Source: Hausera hauseri | Taxonomy: Eukaryota | Direction: 5' to 3' | Assembly: GCA_046269625.1 (NCBI GenBank) | Contig: JBJURY010222185.1 | Location: forward strand, 1-64,000 | Length of the DNA stretch: 64,000 nt | Shown here: one piece after another, positions 1 through 9,671 of the stretch | How positions within the stretch are numbered: the first letter of the stretch is position 1 | Layout of the letters: each line of letters begins with the position of its first letter | Position numbers and translations under genes: made by a program | The notes under the pieces: generated by a model | What the model was told of the DNA's origin: nothing | The model's input: only the letters and a program-made list of their open reading frames with translations | Database searches by the model: none

Positions 1-165
1 AAAGGTGCCGCGCAAAGTTGCCACCATATCCGCCACCTCCGCATCTAGCGCGGGCTGCGGCGACAGGGGAAGGGCGCGGATGGCGTCATATGCCTCCGAA
101 ATCCGGTCGCACCCGGATAACGCGGTCAGGACCGCTTCCCGCATCTGTTTAGCTCTGTCGGTCAT
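1..165 (-). CDS. hypothetical early protein (partial, runs off window start)
   Basis: ATG at 165 (MTDRAKQMREAV...) preceded by AAGGAG; read manually. Confidence 0.5.
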   Translation of the reverse strand, partial: MTDRAKQMREAVLTALSGCDRISEAYDAIRALPLSPQPALDAEVADMVATLRGTF

Positions 166-317
166 TTCAATCTTCTCCTTGAACAAAACCAGATCGCCGC
201 CACTGTGGACCCCGCCGCGAAGCCAAGCGCCGCTACCAGCAAGACCGGCGGCGCGGACAAGAGGTAGGCGATGACAAGGGCCATCCAACCAATGGCAACG
301 ATTCCAGCGACGGTCAT
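162..317 (-). CDS. small hydrophobic (membrane) protein, 51 aa
   Basis: MTVAGIVAIGWMALVIAYLL...; ATGA overlaps with both neighbours; below the ORF-track cutoff. Confidence 0.5.
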   Translation of the reverse strand: MTVAGIVAIGWMALVIAYLLSAPPVLLVAALGFAAGSTVAAIWFCSRRRLK

Positions 318-499
318 TCCTCATCCCTTTCATAGAGTTTCCACGGGTCGCGAAAGAAGAACCGCGCGTTCAGGGTGTCAACCTCGTCTTGGTGTCCGTT
401 GACCTCCGCCAGCAGCGCCTCAATGCGGTCGGCGGCTCTTTCCATCATGGCGTTCCCGTAAGGTTTCCGCAGCCATTCGAGCAGTTCTGCGTCAGTCAT
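314..499 (-). CDS. hypothetical protein
   Basis: MTDAELLEWL...ERAADRIEAL; ATGA coupling with the upstream gene. Confidence 0.6.
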   Translation of the reverse strand: MTDAELLEWLRKPYGNAMMERAADRIEALLAEVNGHQDEVDTLNARFFFRDPWKLYERDEE

Positions 500-726
500 G
501 CTCGTGCCCTCTCCCATGCAAGCCGCCCGATGCGGTTGGCCAGTGCCTCGAGGTCTTCGGCGCTGAGGTCTTTCTTGTCGGCCAGCGCCGTGTAGACAGC
601 GTTGCAGGCAGGGCGCGAGGGCATTGAGCGCACCGCATCCATGAGGATAACCGCGGCGGACTGTGTGGAGTGTGTGTTGAGGTTAGGCAACGGCCTAACG
701 GGTTGATCGTTGTTCCAGAACGCCAT
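496..726 (-). CDS. hypothetical protein
   Basis: MAFWNND... with GGAG upstream; sits in an operon. Confidence 0.55.
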   Translation of the reverse strand: MAFWNNDQPVRPLPNLNTHSTQSAAVILMDAVRSMPSRPACNAVYTALADKKDLSAEDLEALANRIGRLAWERARA

Positions 727-1018
727 GTGTATTCTCCAAGATTGTTTTGACTTCATTCATGTTGTCTTCGTTGATGACGAGGGCGATGCCGCCCGCGCCG
801 TTGATCTTGTCGATGTTGAGCTGCTGCAGTGCCGTGGGCTTGTTGCCGTTGGCTTTGCACTCGAGCCCAAAGAACCGACCTTTGTAGCACACGATGATAT
901 CGGGCACGCCCGACGCACCGCCGAACCCACCCGCCACTGGGTAGAAGTAGTAGGCACCCAGCGCTTTCAGCTGGGCGACCACCTTGTCTTTCACTGCGCG
1001 TTCAGGAGTCTTTGCCAT
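695..1018 (-). CDS. VRR-NUC family nuclease / Holliday junction resolvase-like
   Basis: TPE..VK, GVPDII, LECKA, PTALQ motifs of phage VRR-NUC PD-(D/E)XK proteins. Confidence 0.85.
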   Translation of the reverse strand: MAKTPERAVKDKVVAQLKALGAYYFYPVAGGFGGASGVPDIIVCYKGRFFGLECKANGNKPTALQQLNIDKINGAGGIALVINEDNMNEVKTILENTHGVLEQRSTR

Positions 1019-1467
1019 TGCTTACCCTTTTCAAATGTCCCCCATGTCTTCCAACGCCACCATGCCAACTCCTTGGATATCCCCACATGAGCCGCGCACT
1101 CTACCAAAGTCCCAGTAAACAAGCCGTCGGTATAAACCTTGGTGGACGTTTTGTTTTTCTGTTGTTCACTCTTGGTGGCCCATCGACAGTTGCTCGGCGT
1201 GTAGTCCCCCGCAGAGTCTATACGGTCTAGGCTCGCCCAACTCCCCGGGCGTTTGCCCATGTCTGCTAAAAAGTCCTCAAAGTTTAGCCAGCGGTCGCAT
1301 ACGATAACCCCCTTTCCCCCGTAGTATCTGTACATCTTATGGTTTGGGTTGTTGCACCGGGCCAACATAGAGCGCCAAGTGTAGTGCTCCACGGACTCGA
1401 CGCCCCCACCATAAGCACCGTGCTTAGTGCGCGCGGCCATCCATCGCTCTCTCGTATTGCTATCCAT
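991..1467 (-). CDS. free-standing HNH-type homing endonuclease
   Basis: W.SM..RC.N.N...Y..YGG.G..VC.RW..F..F..DMG..P...SLDRID..G.Y.P.NCRWAT..EQ..N signature; lower GC than flanks. Confidence 0.85.
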   Translation of the reverse strand: MDSNTRERWMAARTKHGAYGGGVESVEHYTWRSMLARCNNPNHKMYRYYGGKGVIVCDRWLNFEDFLADMGKRPGSWASLDRIDSAGDYTPSNCRWATKSEQQKNKTSTKVYTDGLFTGTLVECAAHVGISKELAWWRWKTWGTFEKGKQWQRLLNAQ

Positions 1468-1491
1468 GTCATTCGCCCGATAATAAGTAAA

Positions 1492-1520
1492 ATTTAACCA
1501 TGTATCGGGAGTTCTGTCAA
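1492..1520 (-). promoter_or_regulatory. sigma70-like promoter for the HNH gene
   Basis: TTGACA-17 nt-TTAAAT with an extended TG, 25 nt upstream of ATG 1467. Confidence 0.65.
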
Positions 1521-1527
1521 GCGGCCA

Positions 1528-1812
1528 TTAGTGCCGCACCGCGTTCTTATGTTCTTCATCGTAGATGCCCACTGTGTGCCGCAGCCCAGCTGATATAGTC
1601 TCATAGCTAAACCCGACAGGCAGACCATAGGAGTAGATCGTGGCGATCAGTTGGGTGATGACCTCGCTCGGGCTGTCTATGTAGGCATCGTGGATGGTCA
1701 AGGGCAGGGCACAAAGCTCTGCCTCTTCCATGTTCTCCGGCAGCGTGGACATGATCTCGTCGAGTTTCTCCGGCGTCATGTTCGGTGAGAGGTCGTCGTT
1801 CAAAATGGGCAC
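1528..1812 (-). CDS. hypothetical protein (start may be 1779)
   Basis: acidic ORF within the early operon. Confidence 0.55.
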   Translation of the reverse strand: MPILNDDLSPNMTPEKLDEIMSTLPENMEEAELCALPLTIHDAYIDSPSEVITQLIATIYSYGLPVGFSYETISAGLRHTVGIYDEEHKNAVRH

Positions 1813-1934
1813 TCCTTTCCTTGTTTATACCATTCGTTGCTAGTCGGCTGCCTAACAGTCTCGACCTTTTCTGGCGGTGTAGGTTGCTTGGGTGTGAACC
1901 CAAGCTCTGCAAGATGCCTCTCGAAGTCCGTCAT
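1800..1934 (-). CDS. small hypothetical protein, 44 aa (MTDFERHLAELG...ECPF)
   Basis: ATGA overlap with the upstream gene; C-terminal PF; read manually. Confidence 0.5.
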   Translation of the reverse strand: MTDFERHLAELGFTPKQPTPPEKVETVRQPTSNEWYKQGKECPF

Positions 1935-2149
1935 TGCGGTATCTCCGTCAGCGTTCCGTCAGCCTCTTCGTGATAGACAGGCACGGGCTGCCACCCCCAA
2001 GGGCCAAGCTGCTCGACCCGCCAGTTGATGACAGGCGTCTCTGGGCCCTCGTTGCCAAAGATGTCCTTGGCCCGCTGTGTTCCATCGATGTAGTTGACCA
2101 CACGGATCGCGCCGTCAAAGGCTTGCTCTACCGTTTTCCACTTAGCCAT
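1931..2149 (-). CDS. hypothetical protein
   Basis: ORF with RBS, coupled to neighbours. Confidence 0.6.
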   Translation of the reverse strand: MAKWKTVEQAFDGAIRVVNYIDGTQRAKDIFGNEGPETPVINWRVEQLGPWGWQPVPVYHEEADGTLTEIPQ

Positions 2150-2540
2150 TGCCCTCTCCCTTGATTACCCAATACACGCTCTCGTCGACGCGCATGCCGA
2201 TGCCTTCGACCTTGGTCTGTGGCGGGTCCACCTTCATCATAGACAGCACAGCCACGCGCTCCTGCATCCACGCAGGGAGTTCGGACATATCAGCGTAGGT
2301 GCCTTCGGCTTCCTTGTCTACGCTGTCGATCCCCAGACACACGACCTCGATAGGATCACCGACGAGCACCCGGTAGACATTCTCGAGCCCGCCTGTCCAC
2401 TTGGCGTTCATCTCGGACACTTTCCTAGCGGCATTCTTCGCCTCCACGACTCTCGTGGGGTTGCTTCCTGTCGCCGCACGGCTGAGGTCAACGCGCTTAG
2501 TGCGCTCCAGCATAGCCAACTGTTCAAATCTGTTCCTCAT
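2142..2540 (-). CDS. hypothetical protein
   Basis: C-terminal ELPAWMQERVAVL...EGIGMRV...YW domain. Confidence 0.7.
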   Translation of the reverse strand: MRNRFEQLAMLERTKRVDLSRAATGSNPTRVVEAKNAARKVSEMNAKWTGGLENVYRVLVGDPIEVVCLGIDSVDKEAEGTYADMSELPAWMQERVAVLSMMKVDPPQTKVEGIGMRVDESVYWVIKGEGNG

Positions 2541-3439
2541 TCCTCGACGCCCTCCTTCGAGATATAGTAAACCTTGTCGTCCAACCGCAGGCCCACGCCC
2601 TGCACATAGGTCTCGGGCTCCACCAACTGCAGCACAGCGATGCGCCCCTGCACCTACTCTGGAAGCGCCTCGGCAGGGATGCGCGTGAAGTCCCCCGCTA
2701 TCAGGTAATTGATCCCATCGCCTACCGCCGTGTCCGCCGTGTCGGCCACCAGCTGCCCGTGGTTGTCCATGAACGCTACATACTGCAGCCCACGCTCCGC
2801 GACGGCCTTGCTCTCATTCCACTTGTCCACAGCGGCGAAGAAGCTGGTCGTGTTCTGGTTCACCTCTTGCGAGACAAAGGTGATGTTGCGAAGCTCTCGG
2901 AAGAACTCGGTGGTGAAGGCGTTGCCGTAGCTAGACTCCCCGGTGAGCATCCTGAAAAACTTTCTGGCCTCCGCGTTTGCGTCACTGATGCGCTCACTTA
3001 TCACCCGGCGCGCGACCTCCGCAGTTAGGGCGAAAGACTTGTGGGGCTCGATGGGTTTGAGGTGCTCCACGGCCAGCTTGACACCGCGCTTCATCGTCTT
3101 GGTCGGCAGGATACTGTGTTGCCAGATCGAGTTGCGGTAGTTGTCGTTTGCGATACCCACGGCCCGCACGAAGAACTTAGGGTCCGACGACCCGTCGCCT
3201 TTGACCCGCACGTCCTTGTAGCCCACGACACCCCGCGCATGGACCTCTCCGGGGTGGTAGATCACAGCGCTCGCGTAGTCGATGTTGTGGTAGGACGCAC
3301 CGCCTAGCGCCTCGCAGACAGCGGTGACAAACGCCTTACACGCCTCCTGCCGGTAGTAAGGCCGCTCATACTCGAGGTGATGGCTCCGGGGCGAGTTCGC
3401 ATAGAGCGACACAAGGTTTGGTTTGTAAGTGTGTCCCAT
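2537..3439 (-). pseudogene. hypothetical protein interrupted by an in-frame TAG at 2654-2656
   Basis: frame stays open for 38 codons after the TAG, to a TGA overlapping the next ATG; this tail resembles the C-terminus of the neighbouring gene. Confidence 0.6.
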
Positions 3440-3440
3440 T

Positions 3441-4544
3441 TTATTTCTCCTCACGGGTGGTCACGGTGAAGCCACCCAGCTTGCTGATCCATCTGTTGAA
3501 GCGGGCGCGAACCGCCTTGTTGCGCGCGGCGTCTCTCTCCTCGTTGGTGTAGTGGTCGTCGTTACGGAAATTCCCGAAGTCCGCCACGGCGTAGTGAATC
3601 TCGAACATGGCTGCGATGTTCAGGCCGTGCCGCATCGGGTGCTCCGGGCCTTTCAGGATAGCCTGCACGAGTTCGGGTTCGGTGTGCTCAAACAACTCGC
3701 CGTAGGACACGGTGTGGCCCACGATCTTGTGCTGCTCGGTGATCTCCTTGAGGTCGGCGTTAGTCTGTCCCTTCAAGCTCCAGTTCAACTGGCTCCGCAT
3801 CATCGGGTAGAAGGCCATGGCGCTCTCGAACAGGCCAGCGATGTCGGCCTTGAAGGACCCCTTCAACTCCTTGTTCATGCGGGTGCGGTTCACCATGACC
3901 TTGGGTGCCTCACCGACCAGCGTGAATGTGCCGTTATCCTCGCGCTTGAATGTCACGCTCAGCCCGTCATCGCCCGGGGTGAACGCCTTGGCCCACCGCA
4001 GAGCCCACTGCTGATTCCCGGCCTTCTTCATCTGCTCCTTGTAGTATTCGATCACATGGCGCGGTGCGCTGGTGGTCTTGGGCAGGTGGACAGTCTGCCC
4101 CTTGCTGCGGTTGTAGATGAACTGCTTGCCCACACGGGTCTGTCGGAACCACAGTTCACGCGGCAGCGCACGGTTCAGGAATGAGTAGACGTTGTTGTGG
4201 TTCCACTCACCGGCACCGTTGCGGATTTTAATGGTCTCGGTGCCATCCTCGTGCTTGCGCCAGACGATAGGCGAGAGCCTAACAATCTCTCCGGTCGTGA
4301 TAGGGTATTTGTTTCGGGTTGCCGTGTCGCCCGGCCCCCATGTGAATACAGGATCGACCCCATCCCCGCAGGACAAGACGTAACAGTTGTCGTCGATCTT
4401 GATGATCCGCTCCCACTTGCGGTTGCGAGCACCGAGCGGGCGCACGTCCTGTTCGCGGGTGTGGTTCTTGCTGACCACGGGTTTGGTGTTGTTGTAACGC
4501 GCCTCGGCGTCTGCGAAGCTGTCGATCTTGTTGATGTAAACCAT
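3441..4544 (-). CDS. hypothetical protein, 367 aa
   Basis: long ORF with AGAGGA RBS and typical codon bias. Confidence 0.75.
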   Translation of the reverse strand: MVYINKIDSFADAEARYNNTKPVVSKNHTREQDVRPLGARNRKWERIIKIDDNCYVLSCGDGVDPVFTWGPGDTATRNKYPITTGEIVRLSPIVWRKHEDGTETIKIRNGAGEWNHNNVYSFLNRALPRELWFRQTRVGKQFIYNRSKGQTVHLPKTTSAPRHVIEYYKEQMKKAGNQQWALRWAKAFTPGDDGLSVTFKREDNGTFTLVGEAPKVMVNRTRMNKELKGSFKADIAGLFESAMAFYPMMRSQLNWSLKGQTNADLKEITEQHKIVGHTVSYGELFEHTEPELVQAILKGPEHPMRHGLNIAAMFEIHYAVADFGNFRNDDHYTNEERDAARNKAVRARFNRWISKLGGFTVTTREEK

Positions 4545-4560
4545 TGGATTTGTTCCTCTT

Positions 4561-4968
4561 TTAGAAGTCGGTTCTGATTTCTCTAATCACGCCCAAGCGC
4601 TCGTAGAGTTCGTCGAGCAGTTCATAGCCCGGGTCGTTGTTGTCGGAGTCGTGCTCTATATCCTGATCCTCCTCCCCGATCCTGATCTTGCGGTAGGCGT
4701 AGAGGAACACATCGCGCTCCTCGACAAACTTCTGCACCACGTCGAACATGTGCTCGAAAGCCTGCACGTCCTCGTAGTTGTCATACCATTTGACGTGCTC
4801 GGCGGTGTAGGTGAGCCCCCACTTGCCGTTCCACTCATGCACCTTCCACTCTTTGGCGAGGTCATACTCCTGCACAAACTTGTGCATCTGGTAGATCGCC
4901 AGCACCTCGTCGACCTGTTCCTTGTGCTTGAACACATAGACTACGGCTACGTCGCTCTGGTATCCCAT
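4561..4968 (-). CDS. hypothetical protein (MGYxSDV...RIGEE-type phage protein)
   Basis: ORF with GGAG RBS. Confidence 0.7.
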   Translation of the reverse strand: MGYQSDVAVVYVFKHKEQVDEVLAIYQMHKFVQEYDLAKEWKVHEWNGKWGLTYTAEHVKWYDNYEDVQAFEHMFDVVQKFVEERDVFLYAYRKIRIGEEDQDIEHDSDNNDPGYELLDELYERLGVIREIRTDF

Positions 4969-4972
4969 TGGG

Positions 4973-5305
4973 TTACTCCGTCGTCATCTTGGTTAGCTTC
5001 ACCGCAGCCACGTTTTGGGCTTTGGTAAGCAGGCTCTCCGTCTCGTTGAAGATGTAGAGAAACCCCGTGGTAGCCATCTCCTTGGTTAGGTGCGCGCCTA
5101 ACGTCGGGGACGCACTAATCATCATGCCGACCATCTCGCCGTTGGTCGGCTGCACCTCTGCGAGGCTGTATTGCTTGACCGCGGCTCCGTGCCCCGTGGA
5201 TAGTTGGGTTGGCATGATTGACCCGCTCCTAATGGCCCCAATGTGTTGCTGCTGTCTCCGCAGGTGGTCGAGCATTCCCTTCCGGTATTCTTCATCCATT
5301 ATCAT
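4973..5305 (-). CDS. hypothetical protein
   Basis: ATGA overlap with the stop of the VWA gene. Confidence 0.55.
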   Translation of the reverse strand: MIMDEEYRKGMLDHLRRQQQHIGAIRSGSIMPTQLSTGHGAAVKQYSLAEVQPTNGEMVGMMISASPTLGAHLTKEMATTGFLYIFNETESLLTKAQNVAAVKLTKMTTE

Positions 5306-6507
5306 ATCTCCCGCTGCTTGATGTGCACGGCCTTGCCCACGCTGGGCACGGCGTTCTTGTTGTCGAGGATCACCCACATGAGCGGGTGGTGCCACTCGCC
5401 CCACGACCCACCCAGATAGCCATCGGTCAGCACGATGACGCACTGTGCCTTGATCTGCTTGTCCTGCAGGTATGCAGGGACGCACTCCACCGTGGTGCCA
5501 CCGCCACCCTTGGGCTTGGTGGACTTGGTCAGGTTAGCCACCTCGTCGCCCTTGTAGGTCTCGTCACCGCAGACCTCGGTGTCCCAGTAGAGCAAGCGGA
5601 TAGCCTCGGGGTGGACGGTTTCGGCGATGCTGCCCACCTCGGACAGGAAGGCGGATAGCTGCGGCCCACCGATGGAACCCGACGTGTCGATAGCCACCAC
5701 GATCTCGCCGATCTGCTCAGAGATACCGCTCGGCATATACATGCCAGCCCCGATGTAACGCCGGTTCGGCTTGCGCCACGTGGAGTAGTCGGACCCTGCA
5801 CAGGTGCTGGTGATGAAGTCACGCAGAGCCTCACGCCAGTCGATCTGCGGTTGGAGCAGTTCGACCATGTCCCGATCACCGCCGGAGCCCATCTTGCCAG
5901 CCATCAGCGCGCCCTGACGGATCGCCTCGTCAAGCTCGCGTGCCAGCTCGTCGCGTTCCTGTGCGGTCATCTCCTTGGCGTCATCCCAGCCGTGCTCATC
6001 GAAGCCAGTTCCCGACCCGCCGCCCTTACCACCACCCTCACCACCGCCCTTCTTAAGATCGTGGAACACCTGCGCGCTGTCCCAGCCCCGATACTTCTCG
6101 TCGAAGTGGCCGAGCTTGAGCGGGCCCGTCATGGTGGCGAAGCTGTCGGTGTTGGCGTCCACCAGCTTGACGTTAATCACGAAGTCGCAGGCTTGGTTGG
6201 CCAGCTGACGGTTCTCGTCATACATCCAGCGCCACGTGGTCAGGTGCCGATAGAGCTTGTGGTAGCACTCGTGCAGCACAAGGAAACGCAACTCGGCGTC
6301 GTTCAGCTGATCGACAAAGGCACGGCCATAGACCTCGTCCCGCCCGTTAGTGTAGGCGGTAGGGCAGCGCCTAACATCGTCCTCGACACTGCGATTACCG
6401 ATCATCAGGATGCCCGCAAGGGCGATGTATTTGGGGTTGGCCATGATGTCGATCACAGCCTTCTGCAGGCGCTGTTCTGCGCTCAGAGGTTTGCCAAAGT
6501 TAAGCAT
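5302..6507 (-). CDS. putative metallopeptidase + VWA domain protein (DUF2201-like)
   Basis: PTAYTNG, LHECYH (HExxH), MIDAS DTSGS, GGGT and LTDGY motifs. Confidence 0.85.
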   Translation of the reverse strand: MLNFGKPLSAEQRLQKAVIDIMANPKYIALAGILMIGNRSVEDDVRRCPTAYTNGRDEVYGRAFVDQLNDAELRFLVLHECYHKLYRHLTTWRWMYDENRQLANQACDFVINVKLVDANTDSFATMTGPLKLGHFDEKYRGWDSAQVFHDLKKGGGEGGGKGGGSGTGFDEHGWDDAKEMTAQERDELARELDEAIRQGALMAGKMGSGGDRDMVELLQPQIDWREALRDFITSTCAGSDYSTWRKPNRRYIGAGMYMPSGISEQIGEIVVAIDTSGSIGGPQLSAFLSEVGSIAETVHPEAIRLLYWDTEVCGDETYKGDEVANLTKSTKPKGGGGTTVECVPAYLQDKQIKAQCVIVLTDGYLGGSWGEWHHPLMWVILDNKNAVPSVGKAVHIKQREI

Positions 6508-6522
6508 AGAGTTCTCCTTGAT

Positions 6523-7170
6523 TTATTTTACTTTGGGTCCAAGCACCCGCTTACGAGGGGCAACCAACGCTGCCCCTCTAAGTCCTCTTCTCCACCGCGC
6601 ATCTAGCGTGGATGCGGGGAGTCCGTATTTCTCGGACATCTCTGACAGAGACAACTTTTCTCCCCCCACCATATCTGCTCGGGTGCTTCTGCGGTTATTG
6701 AGTTGCACCTTTGAAGAAGTCCACCGGACATTCCCCGGTATATACCCCAACGCGTTGTCTATACGGTCCAAGGACACATCCCTCCCTGTGCCGGGTGCCG
6801 CCCCTATGTGTGCGTAGAAAGCGGGAAAGCTTTTTACCCACTCCTCACACATAGTTATCCCCCTACCCCCATAGTGGTGATACTTTGGGTTGTTTGTGTT
6901 GAAGCATCGCTGCTTTGCAGAAGTCCAAGCCCTCCACTCTTTATGACGTGCTACTCCATGCCTTGCACGGTGCCGGTTACTCTCGGACACTCCGCACGGG
7001 ATAGAGCATGACTTTACGCCCTGTCGAAGGTTACCGCTGGACTTGGCGCAAAGAGTGCCGCAATCGCAGCGGCACTCCCACATTGCTTGCCCATCTGAAC
7101 GTCTGTCCATACGTCGAATAATCAACAACTTGCCTTGCCTAACACCGAGCCAGTCTCTGGGTGCGCCCAT
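6523..7170 (-). CDS. free-standing HNH-type homing endonuclease
   Basis: W.C.CDCG, YGGRGI.MC..W, SLDRIDN..GY.PGNVRW; inserted between the MoxR and VWA genes. Confidence 0.85.
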   Translation of the reverse strand: MGAPRDWLGVRQGKLLIIRRMDRRSDGQAMWECRCDCGTLCAKSSGNLRQGVKSCSIPCGVSESNRHRARHGVARHKEWRAWTSAKQRCFNTNNPKYHHYGGRGITMCEEWVKSFPAFYAHIGAAPGTGRDVSLDRIDNALGYIPGNVRWTSSKVQLNNRRSTRADMVGGEKLSLSEMSEKYGLPASTLDARWRRGLRGAALVAPRKRVLGPKVK

Positions 7171-7178
7171 GCTATGTC

Positions 7179-8273
7179 CTATCTTTTATCAGCTGCGAAG
7201 AGGTGACTGTTTGCCATTGCCCATGCCGTGAAGGCACGATTTGTCATCACAATGGCCTGCTTTCCGTATTTAGGAGCGCGCACACCGTTGGCGAACATGC
7301 CCTGCGCTTCCTTGTCCAACCTTTGGCAGTAAACCATCCAGTTGTCAACCCACTCTTTCTCGATGGTGGCCAGCGTGCGGTAGACCACCATGCACACGGC
7401 AGCGGCAGACGTTGGCACCTTGGCGTTCTCGGGGTCTTTCTTGATGCTCTCGAGCGAGGGCAGCTGATCTGCCAGCTTGACGAAGGCCATGAGGTCCATC
7501 GCACCGCGCTCACCGATAGTGCCCATGAGTGCAGCCGTGGTGGTCTGGTCGTCGAAGTGCATGCGCTCCTTCAAGATATCCGACGCCGCTTCCAGCGAGC
7601 GAGGCGTGACGAAGGCCGCACGCTGCTGCTTGGGGTGGTAGATATACGGGTTGTCGTCGGGGTTCTTGTAGTCGTCGAAGCTATGGAACAGCTGCGGGTT
7701 GTCCTTGCACCAGCCAAGCAGGGTGTGATCCACGCCAGCGTTGATGCCCCACTCGATCCACTCCATGTTAGACGGCTTCCTAGCAGTCACGACGGTGATG
7801 CGGTTCCGGGCATGGGGCGGCAGCAAGTCACCAACACCCTCGGCACCAAGGTTAGTGGTTGCGAACACGATGCTGTCAGGGTGCAGGCTGTAGCTACCGA
7901 TCTTACGCTCGAGCATGAGACGCAGCAGGGCGTTCTTCACCGACGGGTTAGCCTTGCCATACTCGTCGATCATCAGGATGATCGGACCACCATGATGCGC
8001 GCCCAATTCCTCGTTGGTAGCGTAGCTGACATAGGCAGCGTCTGCGCCCGCCTCGGCGATGCGCGGCAAGGTGATGTCGCCCAAGTCTTTAGTGGTGCAG
8101 TCGAAGTAGCACGGCGTGTGGTTGGGCAGTTCCGCAGACAAGGTGCGGAGCAACGAGGATTTACCCGTGCCCATGTGGCCCTGCACCAGCGTGGTGCGCT
8201 TGCGGCCCACGGCTTTAATCAGGGCCACACACTGGTCAATCGACAGGGCATACATGTTGGTTGCGCTAGACAT
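7179..8273 (-). CDS. MoxR-like AAA+ ATPase
   Basis: Walker A GHMGTGKS, Walker B ILMIDE, ATTN sensor, TPRS. Confidence 0.85.
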   Translation of the reverse strand: MSSATNMYALSIDQCVALIKAVGRKRTTLVQGHMGTGKSSLLRTLSAELPNHTPCYFDCTTKDLGDITLPRIAEAGADAAYVSYATNEELGAHHGGPIILMIDEYGKANPSVKNALLRLMLERKIGSYSLHPDSIVFATTNLGAEGVGDLLPPHARNRITVVTARKPSNMEWIEWGINAGVDHTLLGWCKDNPQLFHSFDDYKNPDDNPYIYHPKQQRAAFVTPRSLEAASDILKERMHFDDQTTTAALMGTIGERGAMDLMAFVKLADQLPSLESIKKDPENAKVPTSAAAVCMVVYRTLATIEKEWVDNWMVYCQRLDKEAQGMFANGVRAPKYGKQAIVMTNRAFTAWAMANSHLFAADKR

Positions 8274-8336
8274 TGGATAGTTCTCCAGTTGAGTTGTTCA
8301 GTTCAGTCGTTGTTAGGCCGTGGCCTAGCGGTTGAT

Positions 8337-9245
8337 TTAGAAATCCAAGCTGGGCAGCGATTTGATCGCAGCGTCGATGGCCTGCTTCGTGGCACGGCGC
8401 AGGTATGCGTCGTCCTTGACCGCCTCGGCGTTGACACCACGGAAGGCCACAGCCAGCTTGCGCTGCATCAGCTGCATCTGCATGTCCCCAGTCAGGTTGC
8501 ACGTCTCCATCAGCTCGATGATCTCGTGCATCCGGTCGAACACAGAGGTGAAGATTTTAGGCGTCTTGCCGTCCTCGGTCTTGTCGGACAGCTGACGCGA
8601 CAGCGTGCTGAGCGTCTCATAGAGGCGTTTCCAGATGTCATTCATGGCACCCGTCAGCTGGTTGGCGTAGTGGGTTTGGTATTGTTCCTTAAGGGAACTC
8701 AGGGCATCGTTCGCGATGTCCAAGCGCCAGTCGCCAGCATCGGGCAGCGGGATGTAGTTGAACTTGAACCAGAACTTCTGGCGCAGATCGGCAGCGTTAG
8801 GATACTCCCTAGCATCGAACAGGTCGCCCAGCTTGGCCTGTGCCGCAGCAACCTCGAGGTCGTATGCAGCGATGAAGGCGTCCACCATGCGATAGAACTC
8901 GGCCTGCAGGGCGCTGATGTTCTTGTGGTATCCGAAGTAGCGCGGCGTCGGCAACAGGCGTGGGCCCGAGTCCGCCCAAGGCAGGGTGCTGCCATAGTGG
9001 ATAGCCCGCACGTTGGCTGAGAATTTCACCAGTGCGTCGAGCTCGTCGCAGTTGCCCAGCAGGCTCTTGGTCACGCGTGCTACGCCCTTGTCGGCCTGCT
9101 TGGCCGTGGTCACTTCCTCGGATGCACGCTTGTCAAGTTTCCTACCGCTCCATACCCCAATGCCCAGTTCAACCAGCATGGACGACGAGGCTATGCTCGG
9201 GGCTGCAGGGGTGAAGTTCATTTCGAGTTGGGTCATGGTAGTCAT
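8337..9245 (-). CDS. conserved phage protein (DUF3150-like)
   Basis: TLPW...G.RLLP and F...EYP....R.KF pattern; typical partner upstream of phage MoxR/VWA genes. Confidence 0.6.
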   Translation of the reverse strand: MTTMTQLEMNFTPAAPSIASSSMLVELGIGVWSGRKLDKRASEEVTTAKQADKGVARVTKSLLGNCDELDALVKFSANVRAIHYGSTLPWADSGPRLLPTPRYFGYHKNISALQAEFYRMVDAFIAAYDLEVAAAQAKLGDLFDAREYPNAADLRQKFWFKFNYIPLPDAGDWRLDIANDALSSLKEQYQTHYANQLTGAMNDIWKRLYETLSTLSRQLSDKTEDGKTPKIFTSVFDRMHEIIELMETCNLTGDMQMQLMQRKLAVAFRGVNAEAVKDDAYLRRATKQAIDAAIKSLPSLDF

Positions 9246-9317
9246 TCTATTCTCTCCGTTGCGTTAGGCTCTGGCCTAACAGTTGGTTTGATCGAAGGAT
9301 GAGTGGGCGTAGCCCGG

Positions 9318-9671
9318 TCACCAAATAACATCACATACCACCATATTACACTCCAAGTCAATGTGTGTGGATATTTTACACCCAAGCATGTCCATATACA
9401 CGGCTACCGCATCGGCGTTGCGGGCGATGATCGTCGCGGTCCTGAACGCTTGCGGCGTAGTGATCCTAAGTCGATCCTCTGCTGCCATATCTACCTGCCG
9501 CATGAGCTTCCCCTTGGTGTCGAGCCACACGCCGACGCTATCGGCCACGTATACCCGCAGGGTGTCATGCGCCCACCATAGGCTGAGCTCGTCGTTGATG
9601 TTGCAGATGAACGTGGCCTCCCCGATCAACGACCGCCCCGGCTTGAACAGCGGCTTTTCTTCTGTGGTCAT
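9318..9671 (-). CDS. hypothetical protein
   Basis: GGAGG RBS; ATGA coupling. Confidence 0.55.
   Translation of the reverse strand: MTTEEKPLFKPGRSLIGEATFICNINDELSLWWAHDTLRVYVADSVGVWLDTKGKLMRQVDMAAEDRLRITTPQAFRTATIIARNADAVAVYMDMLGCKISTHIDLECNMVVCDVIW

Noticed and set aside
2654-2656. Genome-wide amber recoding
   Set aside because: TAG terminates many normal genes (e.g. 24192, 25835, 36856, 45280), and no suppressor tRNA was seen
7161-9020. Long antisense ORFs (also 17678-18967, 21463-22986, 47050-48684, 52937-54295)
   Set aside because: Shadow frames of GC-rich genes with strong codon bias; no motifs or RBS, unlike the same-strand nested nucleases
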